A program made the translations under genes and the position numbers. Positions 1-8,255 of a DNA stretch of 47,927 nucleotides are shown here, one piece after another. The DNA is taken from the sequence record SRR20825019_2198. The stretch is one strand, 5' to 3'. Position 1 is the stretch's first letter; every line of letters begins with the position of its first letter. The notes under the pieces were generated by a model that worked only from the letters and a program-made list of their open reading frames with translations, was not told the DNA's origin and did no database searches.

Positions 1-318
1 ACGGCCCGCTGCCTCTTCTTCCGCCAGCATGCCAGCGCCCAAAACGGCGGTCGCGAGGAAAGGTTCCACCACGATGCCGCGGCCCAGTTCTTCCATCACC
101 ACCATGATATCGATACCGGTGCCGCCAAGGCCGCCAACACGTTCCGGCAACACAGCAGCTACAAGGCCAAGCTCAGCTAGCTCAGCCCATATCTCAGGCG
201 AATATCCGGCCTCAGACTTGATGATTTTGTCGCGGGTTTCAAAGTCGTACTTCTGGCGCACAAATTTGGCGACCATGTCCTTGAGAAGGCTGTGGTCTTC
301 AGAGAGCTTAAAATCCAT
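1..318 (-). CDS. Acyl-CoA dehydrogenase family protein (PimD-like small subunit), 3' end outside the window
   Basis: Manual translation from ATG at 318: MDFKLSEDHSLLKDMVAKFVRQKYDFETR...WAELAELGL...GGLGGG...VMEELGRGIVVEPFL, a typical ACAD N-terminus. It lies directly downstream of a second ACAD. Not in the ORF track because it runs off the edge. Confidence 0.85.
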   Translation of the reverse strand, partial: MDFKLSEDHSLLKDMVAKFVRQKYDFETRDKIIKSEAGYSPEIWAELAELGLVAAVLPERVGGLGGTGIDIMVVMEELGRGIVVEPFLATAVLGAGMLAEEEAAGR

Positions 319-335
319 TGTGTGTCACCCTTCCC

Positions 336-1535
336 TTAAAGCCCAAGGATCATCTTGGAGATGATGTTGCGCTGAATCTCGTTCGAGCCGCCATAGATGG
401 AATATTTCCGGCGGTTGAAATAATGGCCCGCGAAGCTGTTCGCGCCCTCTGGCCCGACGGGTTCCTCGTTGGACCCTGGCAGCTCCAGCTCTGGCATGAA
501 CGGCAGGGCGTATGGGCCTACTGCGCGGCGCAAGAGGTCTGAAATTTCCTGCCGGATGACCGAGCCCTTAATCTTGAGCATGGAGCTTTCCGCCCCCGGT
601 GCACCACCGGCTTGTGCCTGTGCCAGCACCCGCAGGTTGGTGAGCTCCATCGCCATCAAATCAAGTTCAACGTTGGCAATACGGGTTGCGAACGCGGGGT
701 CGTTGATCAGCATGGTGCCGTCGCCCGCGTCTGTCTCGCCCGCGATACGCTTGAGCTTCTTCAGGCCTTCTTTGGCTGCTGCCACGCCCGCGATGCCAAC
801 ACGTTCATGCTGCAGCAGGTATTTTGCGTAGGTCCAGCCCTTGTTTTCTTCACCCACCAAATTCTCGGCAGGGACTTTCACGTCAGAGAAGAAAACCTCG
901 TTAACTTCATGCCCGCCCTCAATGGTGATGATGGGGCGCATTTCAACACCCGGGGTGTTGATATCGATCAGAAGGAAAGAGATACCTTCCTGCGGCTTGC
1001 CTGTCGCGGATGTGCGCACAAGGCAGAAAATCCAGTCCGCATACTGGCCCATGGTTGTCCATGTTTTCTGGCCGTTGACGATATAATGGTCACCGTCACG
1101 CACCGCCTTTGTCTTGAGGCTTGCGAGGTCTGAGCCTGAACCTGGCTCGGAATAACCCTGACACCACCAGTCGTCACAATTGAGGATGCGAGGCAGGTAA
1201 TGGGCCTTCTGCTCTTTTGACCCGAAGGCAATGAGCACAGGGCCCAGCATGTTGAGACCAAAGGGTGGCAACTCGGGCGCACCGGCCTTCACGCATTCCT
1301 CTTCAAAAATGTGCTTCTGAAACGGTGTAAACCCGGACCCGCCATATTCCTTTGGCCAAGTGTGTACCGCCCAGCCCTTTTCAACCAATATGCGTTGCCA
1401 GGTAATATAGTCCTCGCGCGCTGGCATCCGGCCCGCTTTTACCGCTTTTGAGATATGAGCCGGTAATTTTGCTTCCAAAAATGCCCGGACCTCCTCGCGG
1501 AAGTTCAGATCTTCCTGTGTATATTCAAGACGCAT
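336..1535 (-). CDS. Acyl-CoA dehydrogenase (PimC-like large subunit)
   Basis: WCQGYSEPGSGSDLASL, NGQKTWTT, SIYGGSNEIQRNII motifs; start trimmed to MRLEY at 1535. Confidence 0.9.
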   Translation of the reverse strand: MRLEYTQEDLNFREEVRAFLEAKLPAHISKAVKAGRMPAREDYITWQRILVEKGWAVHTWPKEYGGSGFTPFQKHIFEEECVKAGAPELPPFGLNMLGPVLIAFGSKEQKAHYLPRILNCDDWWCQGYSEPGSGSDLASLKTKAVRDGDHYIVNGQKTWTTMGQYADWIFCLVRTSATGKPQEGISFLLIDINTPGVEMRPIITIEGGHEVNEVFFSDVKVPAENLVGEENKGWTYAKYLLQHERVGIAGVAAAKEGLKKLKRIAGETDAGDGTMLINDPAFATRIANVELDLMAMELTNLRVLAQAQAGGAPGAESSMLKIKGSVIRQEISDLLRRAVGPYALPFMPELELPGSNEEPVGPEGANSFAGHYFNRRKYSIYGGSNEIQRNIISKMILGL

Positions 1536-1856
1536 GTCTGCCCATCCATTTGTTGTGGTGTTTGTTGTTCCATCAAGTAGAACGACAAACGAGGCCTTCA
1601 AGCCCGAAATTCACGTATAACTGATTCGGCTATCCGCGCGCAGAGCAGTGTATCAGCCTTAAGGCTGCATTTCTTGTCTCGTCATGGCCAAATCAGCTCA
1701 ACTGAGGGTTTATAGTTTTTCTTTATGAAATACGCGCCCAAGCCGATCTTTACTTAAAAATTTACCAATATACAGCCAAATCATCGTAATTGATGATGAA
1801 ACAATTAACGGTGTCGTTATAGTATTTACCGAAATTTAACTATAATCATATAAAAT

Positions 1857-1871
1857 TTAACTAAATATTAA
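1857..1871. promoter_or_regulatory. CtrA-like box (TTAA-N7-TTAA)
   Basis: TTAActaaataTTAAg about 130 bp upstream of the REC-kinase gene; the region is AT-rich, so a chance match is possible. Confidence 0.4.
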
Positions 1872-1999
1872 GTGAAAAATAATTCTGATCCAAATAAACT
1901 GGATTTTCGTACCAAATTTGGTTATGAATTACTTGATGAATATAAGCCTATTCATTCCATGCCCTGAATAAAATCCGCCGGCTAGCTGAAGGGGTCACA

Positions 2000-3136
2000 A
2001 TGCCACGTCGTTTTATGGATATTCTGCTGGTGGATGATAGTCGCGCAGACCGGCGCTTTATCACACGCGAGCTCGCGAAAACCGATCAGGCATTTCACAT
2101 TGATACGGCCGATACGATCGCTGGCGCACGGCAAAAACTGGCCTGCAAGCATTACGATTGTTTGCTTCTGGATTATAATTTGCCGGATTCCGATGGCCTC
2201 GCGCTCATGGAAGGTATGGCAAAAGATAAAAGCAACGGCTTCACTGGTGTTGTGATGATCACCGGTGACGGCAATGAAAAAGTGGCAGCCCGCGCCATTC
2301 AGCTGGGCGCCCATGAATATTTAACCAAAAATCAGATAGACGGGCCACGCCTTGTTAGAGCGCTGGACCGTGCCATTGAACACTCAGCCGAGAAACGCAC
2401 CCGCACGCACCAGCGTCTGGTGATGGAGAATTTCGCGTCAAGTGCCGCACATGATCTTGCGAACCCCCTGTCTGGCGTGATTGGTTTCCTCACCCTCGCG
2501 CAGAACGGCTTAACCAGCGGTGATCTGGAAAAGGTGCCCGCGCATCTTGAGAACGCCATGACCTCCGCGCTTTACATGAAGCAACTGGTCGCAGACCTTC
2601 TGCATTATGCGCGCACAGGCACGACGGCAGACACACCAGAGCTTGTTAACCTCAATGAAGTTATCGAGGTGGTCAGCAACCTTCTGGACAAGAATATCCA
2701 GCGCGAAGGAGCGGTGATAAAGGTTTATGACCTACCCACCGTAGAAGCCTACCCGACCGAAATGACGCAGTTGTTCCAGAACCTGATCAGCAATTCGATT
2801 AAGTATCGTGGTGACGACGCCCCCGAAATCATCATCTCAGCCGAAGAGAAGGACGAATACTGCGTTATCTCGGTGGCAGATAATGGCCGCGGCGTACCAG
2901 AAAATGCGCGCGATGCCATTTTCACACCGCTGCACCGCATCCACCATAAAGGCACGGACGGCTCAGGCCTCGGGCTCGCGATTTGCATGAAGATTGTTGA
3001 TCTGCACAGAGGCAAGATCTGGTGTGAGGGTCGCCCGGGTGGTGGCAGCATCTTCCGCATTATCGTTGCAAAAAAGCTGGATCATGCGGCGAATGAAAAC
3101 ACCGCACCCACTGAGACGACATCAAGTTATGTATAA
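2000..3136 (+). CDS. Hybrid receiver-histidine kinase (REC-HisKA-HATPase)
   Basis: N-terminal ILLVDD...LLDYNLPD receiver; H-box AAHDLANPL; N-box QNLISNSIKY; DNGRG and GSGLGL G-boxes. Confidence 0.9.
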   Translation: MPRRFMDILLVDDSRADRRFITRELAKTDQAFHIDTADTIAGARQKLACKHYDCLLLDYNLPDSDGLALMEGMAKDKSNGFTGVVMITGDGNEKVAARAIQLGAHEYLTKNQIDGPRLVRALDRAIEHSAEKRTRTHQRLVMENFASSAAHDLANPLSGVIGFLTLAQNGLTSGDLEKVPAHLENAMTSALYMKQLVADLLHYARTGTTADTPELVNLNEVIEVVSNLLDKNIQREGAVIKVYDLPTVEAYPTEMTQLFQNLISNSIKYRGDDAPEIIISAEEKDEYCVISVADNGRGVPENARDAIFTPLHRIHHKGTDGSGLGLAICMKIVDLHRGKIWCEGRPGGGSIFRIIVAKKLDHAANENTAPTETTSSYV

Positions 3137-3146
3137 GACACTGCTA

Positions 3147-3584
3147 TCAGGCAGGTAGCTCCGCCGCACGAAACCAAAATTCTGACAGCGACTGCATGGC
3201 GTTAACAAAGCCGTTCAGATCGTGTGGTTTTTTGAGGTAGCTGTTAGCACCCAGATCATAACAGTCCTGCACATCCTTCTCGTCATCCGACGTGCTGAGG
3301 ATCACCACCGGAATGGTACGGAAGGCTTCGTTATGTTTGATCGTGCGCAAGACTTCCCGGCCATCCACGCCGGGCAGGTTGAGGTCAAGCAGCACAAGAG
3401 AGGGGCGGCGCGCGCCGTCCGGGCGCTTGCTCAGCAACAGGTAGTTGATCGCACGGCGACCATCTGCGCAATGCTCAACCGGGTTCTCAACCCCCGCTTT
3501 TTTAAAAGCACGACGTGTTACCCGCACGTCAGCCTCGCTGTCTTCCACCAGAAGAATCAGGCCACCTTCGGGTTCATTCGTCAT
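3147..3584 (-). CDS. Single-domain response regulator (Rcp1/phytochrome-partner type)
   Basis: ILLVEDSEAD, LLDLNLPGVDG, LSTSDDEKDV, GANSYLKKP, FW C-terminal signature; overlaps the upstream kinase stop. Confidence 0.9.
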   Translation of the reverse strand: MTNEPEGGLILLVEDSEADVRVTRRAFKKAGVENPVEHCADGRRAINYLLLSKRPDGARRPSLVLLDLNLPGVDGREVLRTIKHNEAFRTIPVVILSTSDDEKDVQDCYDLGANSYLKKPHDLNGFVNAMQSLSEFWFRAAELPA

Positions 3585-5460
3585 GAGCTACATCCTTTAC
3601 AATAGGCAAACCGAAATGGAAAACGGTGCCTTTACCTACTTCGCTGTCAAATTTTATCCACCCATCGTGGTGGTCAATCACGCGTTTCACAATAGCCAAA
3701 CCAGCACCGGTGCCCCCGCCGTATTCATTCTCGGCGTGGAACCGGCGGAACATCTCAAACACCCGCCCCTTAAACTCAGGTGCGATGCCGATGCCATTGT
3801 CCTTCACAGTGAATTCTACAAAGCCTGCCCGGATAGCACCAGATATCTCGACAATTTTATCCTTTGACTCGTTATATTTAACGCCATTGGTGATCAGGTT
3901 CTGGAACACCGTCGCAAGGCAGGCCGATGACATACGCACATCCGGCATATCCCCCAAAACGTGGATTTCCGCGCTGTTTTCCTTGAGGAAGGATTGCAGA
4001 TCATCAACGACGGAATGAATGGCCTGTTCGCAGGTAACAGTATCTGCCTTCTCGATACGTCGTTCAATACGAGAATATTCCCGGAGGTCGTCAATCAAAC
4101 GCTCCATCCGCACAGTGAGGTGCGCCATGGTTTTCAGGTCATCCTGATATTCTTCGTCCAGCTTGTCGGCACAATCCTCCAGCACAATGGATGACAGGTT
4201 ATGAATACCCCGAAGCGGTTCCTTGAGATCGTGTGCGGCGATATAAACAAACTGGTCCAGCGCCTCGTTTGACCGCGCGAGCTTCTCGTTCAGGAGTTTC
4301 TGTTCTTCGGCCGCGGCTTTCGCCTCGGAAACATCGCGCGCCACCACAGCCGCCGCCACAATCAACCCCTGTGGATTGCGGATCGGCGAGATCGACATGG
4401 ACACGTCAATTTCAAAGCCATTGGCGTGGCGATATTTGCTTTCAAAGTGGCGTACGGTGCGCCCACCTTCCACCCGCTCGAGAATTGTAGCTATCTCGTC
4501 CGGATTATCATTTGCGAGCACAAGCGATGCAGGCCACCCCACAGCCTTCTCCGGCGGGTAGCCAAACAGATGTTCCGCCCCCGGCGCCCAGCTCTGGATC
4601 GTACCCATGAGGTCAAGGCTGAAGATGGCATCGTCACACGCCTCAATGGTGGCGAGAAGGCGGGTGCGCTCCGCCGCGATACGAATACGTTCAGACACAT
4701 CAACGATGGTTGCGATAACCACCAGTTCAGGGTCGTCATCCACCGGGGTCAGGCCAATCTCAACCGGGAACAAGTCCCCGCCTTTTTTCTGGCCATACAG
4801 TTCCTTGCCCTGGCCCATGGGGCGGGCTGTCACATCAGCGTAGAACATGGCGCGGTGGCTTGGGTGCCGCTCCCGCACCGCCTCTGGCACCAATATCTCA
4901 ACCGGCTGCTCAATAAGTTCTTCACTCGTATAACCAAACAGCGCCGTCGCCGCCGGGTTTGCCAGCTTGATTTTGCCGTAAGCGTCCACACCAATAACAG
5001 CGGGGGAGATTTTGTTCAGCACCAGTTCAAGTCGGCCCTTTTGCTGCTGAAGTGCGTCCGTGCGTTCCGCAACAATGCGCTCAAGCTGTTTCTGGCTCGG
5101 GATCTTGAGCGCAAGGGGAATAAGCCGCCACACCGCAATGGCAGTGAAAAGCGATACGATCGCCGTGGCAAGCTTGGCAATGCCTGAAAGGCCGTAGGTG
5201 CCGTGCCATACGGTGATGATGCCAAAAATATGCGTCACCCCGCACAGGAAAATAAAGGCGGAGAAAAGGTAAAAGACGTTTGAGAATTTTATGTCATGGC
5301 GCTTTTTAATGAAGGCAACAAGGCTGAGCGGAATACTGAAGTAAGCGAGAGCGATCAACGCGTCAGACAAAACATGCGTCCAGAGGACCTCGGGCGCCCA
5401 CATGTAACAGTAACCATGGGGCATGAACTGATCTGAAAACAGGTTTTCGATGAGTGACAT
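3574..5460 (-). CDS. Sensor histidine kinase with ETR1-type ethylene-binding TM domain and two PAS domains
   Basis: SDALIALAYFSIP...AFIFLCGVTH...AKLATA TM region; two PAS folds; H-box AAHDLKEPLR; GTGAGL G-box. Confidence 0.88.
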   Translation of the reverse strand: MSLIENLFSDQFMPHGYCYMWAPEVLWTHVLSDALIALAYFSIPLSLVAFIKKRHDIKFSNVFYLFSAFIFLCGVTHIFGIITVWHGTYGLSGIAKLATAIVSLFTAIAVWRLIPLALKIPSQKQLERIVAERTDALQQQKGRLELVLNKISPAVIGVDAYGKIKLANPAATALFGYTSEELIEQPVEILVPEAVRERHPSHRAMFYADVTARPMGQGKELYGQKKGGDLFPVEIGLTPVDDDPELVVIATIVDVSERIRIAAERTRLLATIEACDDAIFSLDLMGTIQSWAPGAEHLFGYPPEKAVGWPASLVLANDNPDEIATILERVEGGRTVRHFESKYRHANGFEIDVSMSISPIRNPQGLIVAAAVVARDVSEAKAAAEEQKLLNEKLARSNEALDQFVYIAAHDLKEPLRGIHNLSSIVLEDCADKLDEEYQDDLKTMAHLTVRMERLIDDLREYSRIERRIEKADTVTCEQAIHSVVDDLQSFLKENSAEIHVLGDMPDVRMSSACLATVFQNLITNGVKYNESKDKIVEISGAIRAGFVEFTVKDNGIGIAPEFKGRVFEMFRRFHAENEYGGGTGAGLAIVKRVIDHHDGWIKFDSEVGKGTVFHFGLPIVKDVAHDE

Positions 5461-5640
5461 AAATCCAAGTCCTTAGAGGGCCGGGCGACAGGCGTTCAGG
5501 GCGTCCCAATACCGTGCTTTGTAGTGATGGCATATAATCCGCAGGCCAAACAACACTAAATTCGTCAGAATATATAATCCGTTAACCATCTACCGCGTAG
5601 AAAGAAGGCGCTTATTGCAAATGATCTCAGGGGCCCCACA

Positions 5641-6531
5641 ATGTTTTCCCATAATCTTGGCAAGATGGCAGCAAGCCTTCTTGTGATTAGCTCTACATAT
5701 TCGCTTTCCGTGAGTGCCGATGAAAAGCTTTTTGGCAGCGGCAAAATTCTCGCCACACCCGGCGTTATTCAAGTTGAAGGTGCCGGGGGTGCAGGCCTGT
5801 CCACCTGGGCGATGATCTCAGGCTATGGTACCAACCGCGAAATTGGCGCCAGCGCGCACCACACCTATGTCACCACCGATGATTTTACGCTGAACGCAAC
5901 CGGTGTCACCGTTGGCCTCTATGACCGGCTTGAGCTTTCCTACACCAGGCAGTGGTTTGATACAGGTTCCGCCGGTGGCCGCCTCGGGCTTGGTGACGGT
6001 TTCAAGTTCAATCAGGATATTATCGGCGCAAAGCTGAAGGTGTTTGGTGATGCGGTTTATGATCAGGATACCTGGATGCCGCAAGTGGCCGTTGGCATGC
6101 AATATAAGCGCGCTGACAAGGGCGATATCGTTCGCGCAGTCGGCGCCGAAGACGATGACGGCGTTGACTATTATGTAGCGGCAAGCAAGCTATTGCTTGG
6201 GCAAAACCTCGTGGTCTCAGGCGCAGCACGGCTCACGAAAGCCAATCAGTTTGGCCTTCTTGGTTTTGGTGGCCCAAACGGCTCCAATCACAGCGTTCAG
6301 TTTGAAGGTTCGCTCGCTTACCTGCTGTCCCGCAATTTTGTGGTTGGTTTTGACTACCGCACAAAGCCGGACAACCTTGCCTTCGCGCAAGAACAGGACG
6401 CAAAAGCCGCCTATGTGGTCTGGTTGCCGAGCAAACATTTCACCGTAACGGCGGCTGCCGTGGACCTTGGCGATATCGCGCTTCAAGGCAGGCAGCAAGG
6501 CTTCTATCTTTCAATGCAAGTGGGGTTCTGA
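5641..6531 (+). CDS. DUF3034-family exported (probable outer-membrane beta-barrel) protein
   Basis: Signal peptide, GKILATPGVIQVEGAGGAGLSTWA N-terminus, YRTKPDNL motif, C-terminal Phe; this family is typically adjacent to a truncated globin. The start may instead be 5665. Confidence 0.75.
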   Translation: MFSHNLGKMAASLLVISSTYSLSVSADEKLFGSGKILATPGVIQVEGAGGAGLSTWAMISGYGTNREIGASAHHTYVTTDDFTLNATGVTVGLYDRLELSYTRQWFDTGSAGGRLGLGDGFKFNQDIIGAKLKVFGDAVYDQDTWMPQVAVGMQYKRADKGDIVRAVGAEDDDGVDYYVAASKLLLGQNLVVSGAARLTKANQFGLLGFGGPNGSNHSVQFEGSLAYLLSRNFVVGFDYRTKPDNLAFAQEQDAKAAYVVWLPSKHFTVTAAAVDLGDIALQGRQQGFYLSMQVGF

Positions 6532-6534
6532 TCG

Positions 6535-6951
6535 ATGAAATTTTTCAAGACAATCATGATATGCGGCCTGCTTGGCCTTCAAGCCCCTGCGTTTGCAGAT
6601 AGCCTCTATGATGATCTTGGCGGGCAGGACGCTTTGGTGCGCATCACGGAGCGGCTGGTTGAGCTAACGTTCAACGACCCTCGCACTGCGCACCAGTTCA
6701 AGCAAACCAAACGTGACCGGCTTACGAACCTGCTGGTTGACCAGTTTTGTGAGTTGACCGGCGGTCCTTGCAAATACAAGGGTGTGAACATGAAAAAATC
6801 ACACATCAAGCTTGGCATCACGGAAAACGAGTTCAACGCGCTTGTGGAACAGCTTCAACAAGCCATGGATGAAGAAGGCGTGCCCTTCCGTACCCAGAAC
6901 AAGTTTCTGGCCCTTCTGGCACCCATGAAACGAGATATTGTGGAACGCTAG
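6535..6951 (+). CDS. Group 1 truncated haemoglobin with signal peptide
   Basis: SLYDDLGG, DPR, TGGPCKYKG, proximal His in KKSHIKLGI, EFNALVE; AFA cleavage site. Confidence 0.88.
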   Translation: MKFFKTIMICGLLGLQAPAFADSLYDDLGGQDALVRITERLVELTFNDPRTAHQFKQTKRDRLTNLLVDQFCELTGGPCKYKGVNMKKSHIKLGITENEFNALVEQLQQAMDEEGVPFRTQNKFLALLAPMKRDIVER

Positions 6952-6977
6952 AGAAAGCTTTCACAGCTTATGCGAAC

Positions 6978-7010
6978 AAAAGGCCCGATCAGACCGGGCC
7001 TTTTTCTTTT
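6978..7010. terminator. Bidirectional intrinsic terminator
   Basis: aaaaGGCCCG-atcagac-CGGGCCtttttctttt between convergent genes. Confidence 0.8.
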
Positions 7011-7023
7011 ATACCACGCGCAG

Positions 7024-8178
7024 CTATACCACCCGCAATACCGGCGCTTTTTCTTCTTCCCTGAACATGCTGCTGTTGTTCGCTGCCGCCATTTGCGGCA
7101 CATCGATATGAATGGTAGTGCCGTGCCCTTTGGTAGAATGAATAACCATTTTACCATTCACCCGGCGGCAGAAGCGGTCCACCAGCGGCAGGCCAAGGCC
7201 TGCACCTTCAATTTTGCGCGCGAGGCCAGCGTCAAGCTGCACAAAAGGGCGCATGGCGTGGGCAAGCTCTTCCTCGTTCATGCCGATGCCCGTATCCTTG
7301 ATGGTGAGAGAGAAACTTTCCGGTGTCGCTGATACAAAAATATCTACCCGACCGCGCATGGGGGTAAATTTCGTTGCATTCGAGATCAAGCTCAAAACAA
7401 TATGCTTGATGATCCGACGGTCAGCACATACGGGCTTTTCCTCGCACTGTACTAGAAGCCGCAACCGTTTTTCATCAATAAGCGGGCTATGGTATGAGAT
7501 ACACTCTTCAATCACATCCTTCAGGTTGAAGAAATTTGGCTCTACCGACACCTGACCAGACTGCAACTTGGCCATCTCAAGCATATCGTTGATCAGGCTC
7601 AGAAGGTTACGCCCACTGCTGGCAATAATGTCCAGATATTCGTCTTGTTTCTGTGGTGTGGTGGACTGGGAGTTTTGCATCAATTCCGCAAAACCAATCA
7701 CGGCATTCAGTGGCGTGCGCAACTCATGGCCAATGTTGGCCAGGAACTCAGCCTTAACCCGGTGCGCATCTTCGGCCCGCACGGCGAGTTCCCGCATTTC
7801 GTCCAGCAATTTCCGCTGCTTCAGTTCCGCTTTACGGCGCAGGCCAATTTCCTTTGTCGCCAGCAATACTTTTGGCACCCAGCGCGAAACGCCAAGGCCA
7901 AACAGCGCAATGCCCGGCAGGTAGATAAACGGCAGTTGCTGCCCTTCCACCTTGGGCACATCCATCAGCGCCAACAGCGCGCTTTGGCCCCAGGAAAGTT
8001 CTTCTGCATAGTCGATGAATGTCGCGAATGTCAGGATCGCCGCACCAACAAGCATGGTGTAATACCCGCGATCAATGCGGGTAAAATCCGTCCGGTGCCA
8101 TAACAAAAACCCGAAGATCGATGCACAGCCGATATAGAGCAGGATGGTAGGGTGCCAAAACAAACCAACAAAATTCAT
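7024..8178 (-). CDS. Membrane sensor histidine kinase (PleC/DivJ-like H-box)
   Basis: About 3 N-terminal TM segments; GHELRTPLNAVIGFAELM; SNATKFT; DTGIG; GAGLGL. Confidence 0.88.
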   Translation of the reverse strand: MNFVGLFWHPTILLYIGCASIFGFLLWHRTDFTRIDRGYYTMLVGAAILTFATFIDYAEELSWGQSALLALMDVPKVEGQQLPFIYLPGIALFGLGVSRWVPKVLLATKEIGLRRKAELKQRKLLDEMRELAVRAEDAHRVKAEFLANIGHELRTPLNAVIGFAELMQNSQSTTPQKQDEYLDIIASSGRNLLSLINDMLEMAKLQSGQVSVEPNFFNLKDVIEECISYHSPLIDEKRLRLLVQCEEKPVCADRRIIKHIVLSLISNATKFTPMRGRVDIFVSATPESFSLTIKDTGIGMNEEELAHAMRPFVQLDAGLARKIEGAGLGLPLVDRFCRRVNGKMVIHSTKGHGTTIHIDVPQMAAANNSSMFREEEKAPVLRVV

Positions 8179-8255
8179 TACTACTCACCACACTTGTATC
8201 AACCCCTGAGGGGCAGTGTATGGTTCAATAGTAAAAGAAACCTTGATCGGTTAGC

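Noticed and set aside
29-364. Plus-strand 111-aa ORF
   Set aside because: Shadow of the minus-strand acyl-CoA dehydrogenase starting at 318
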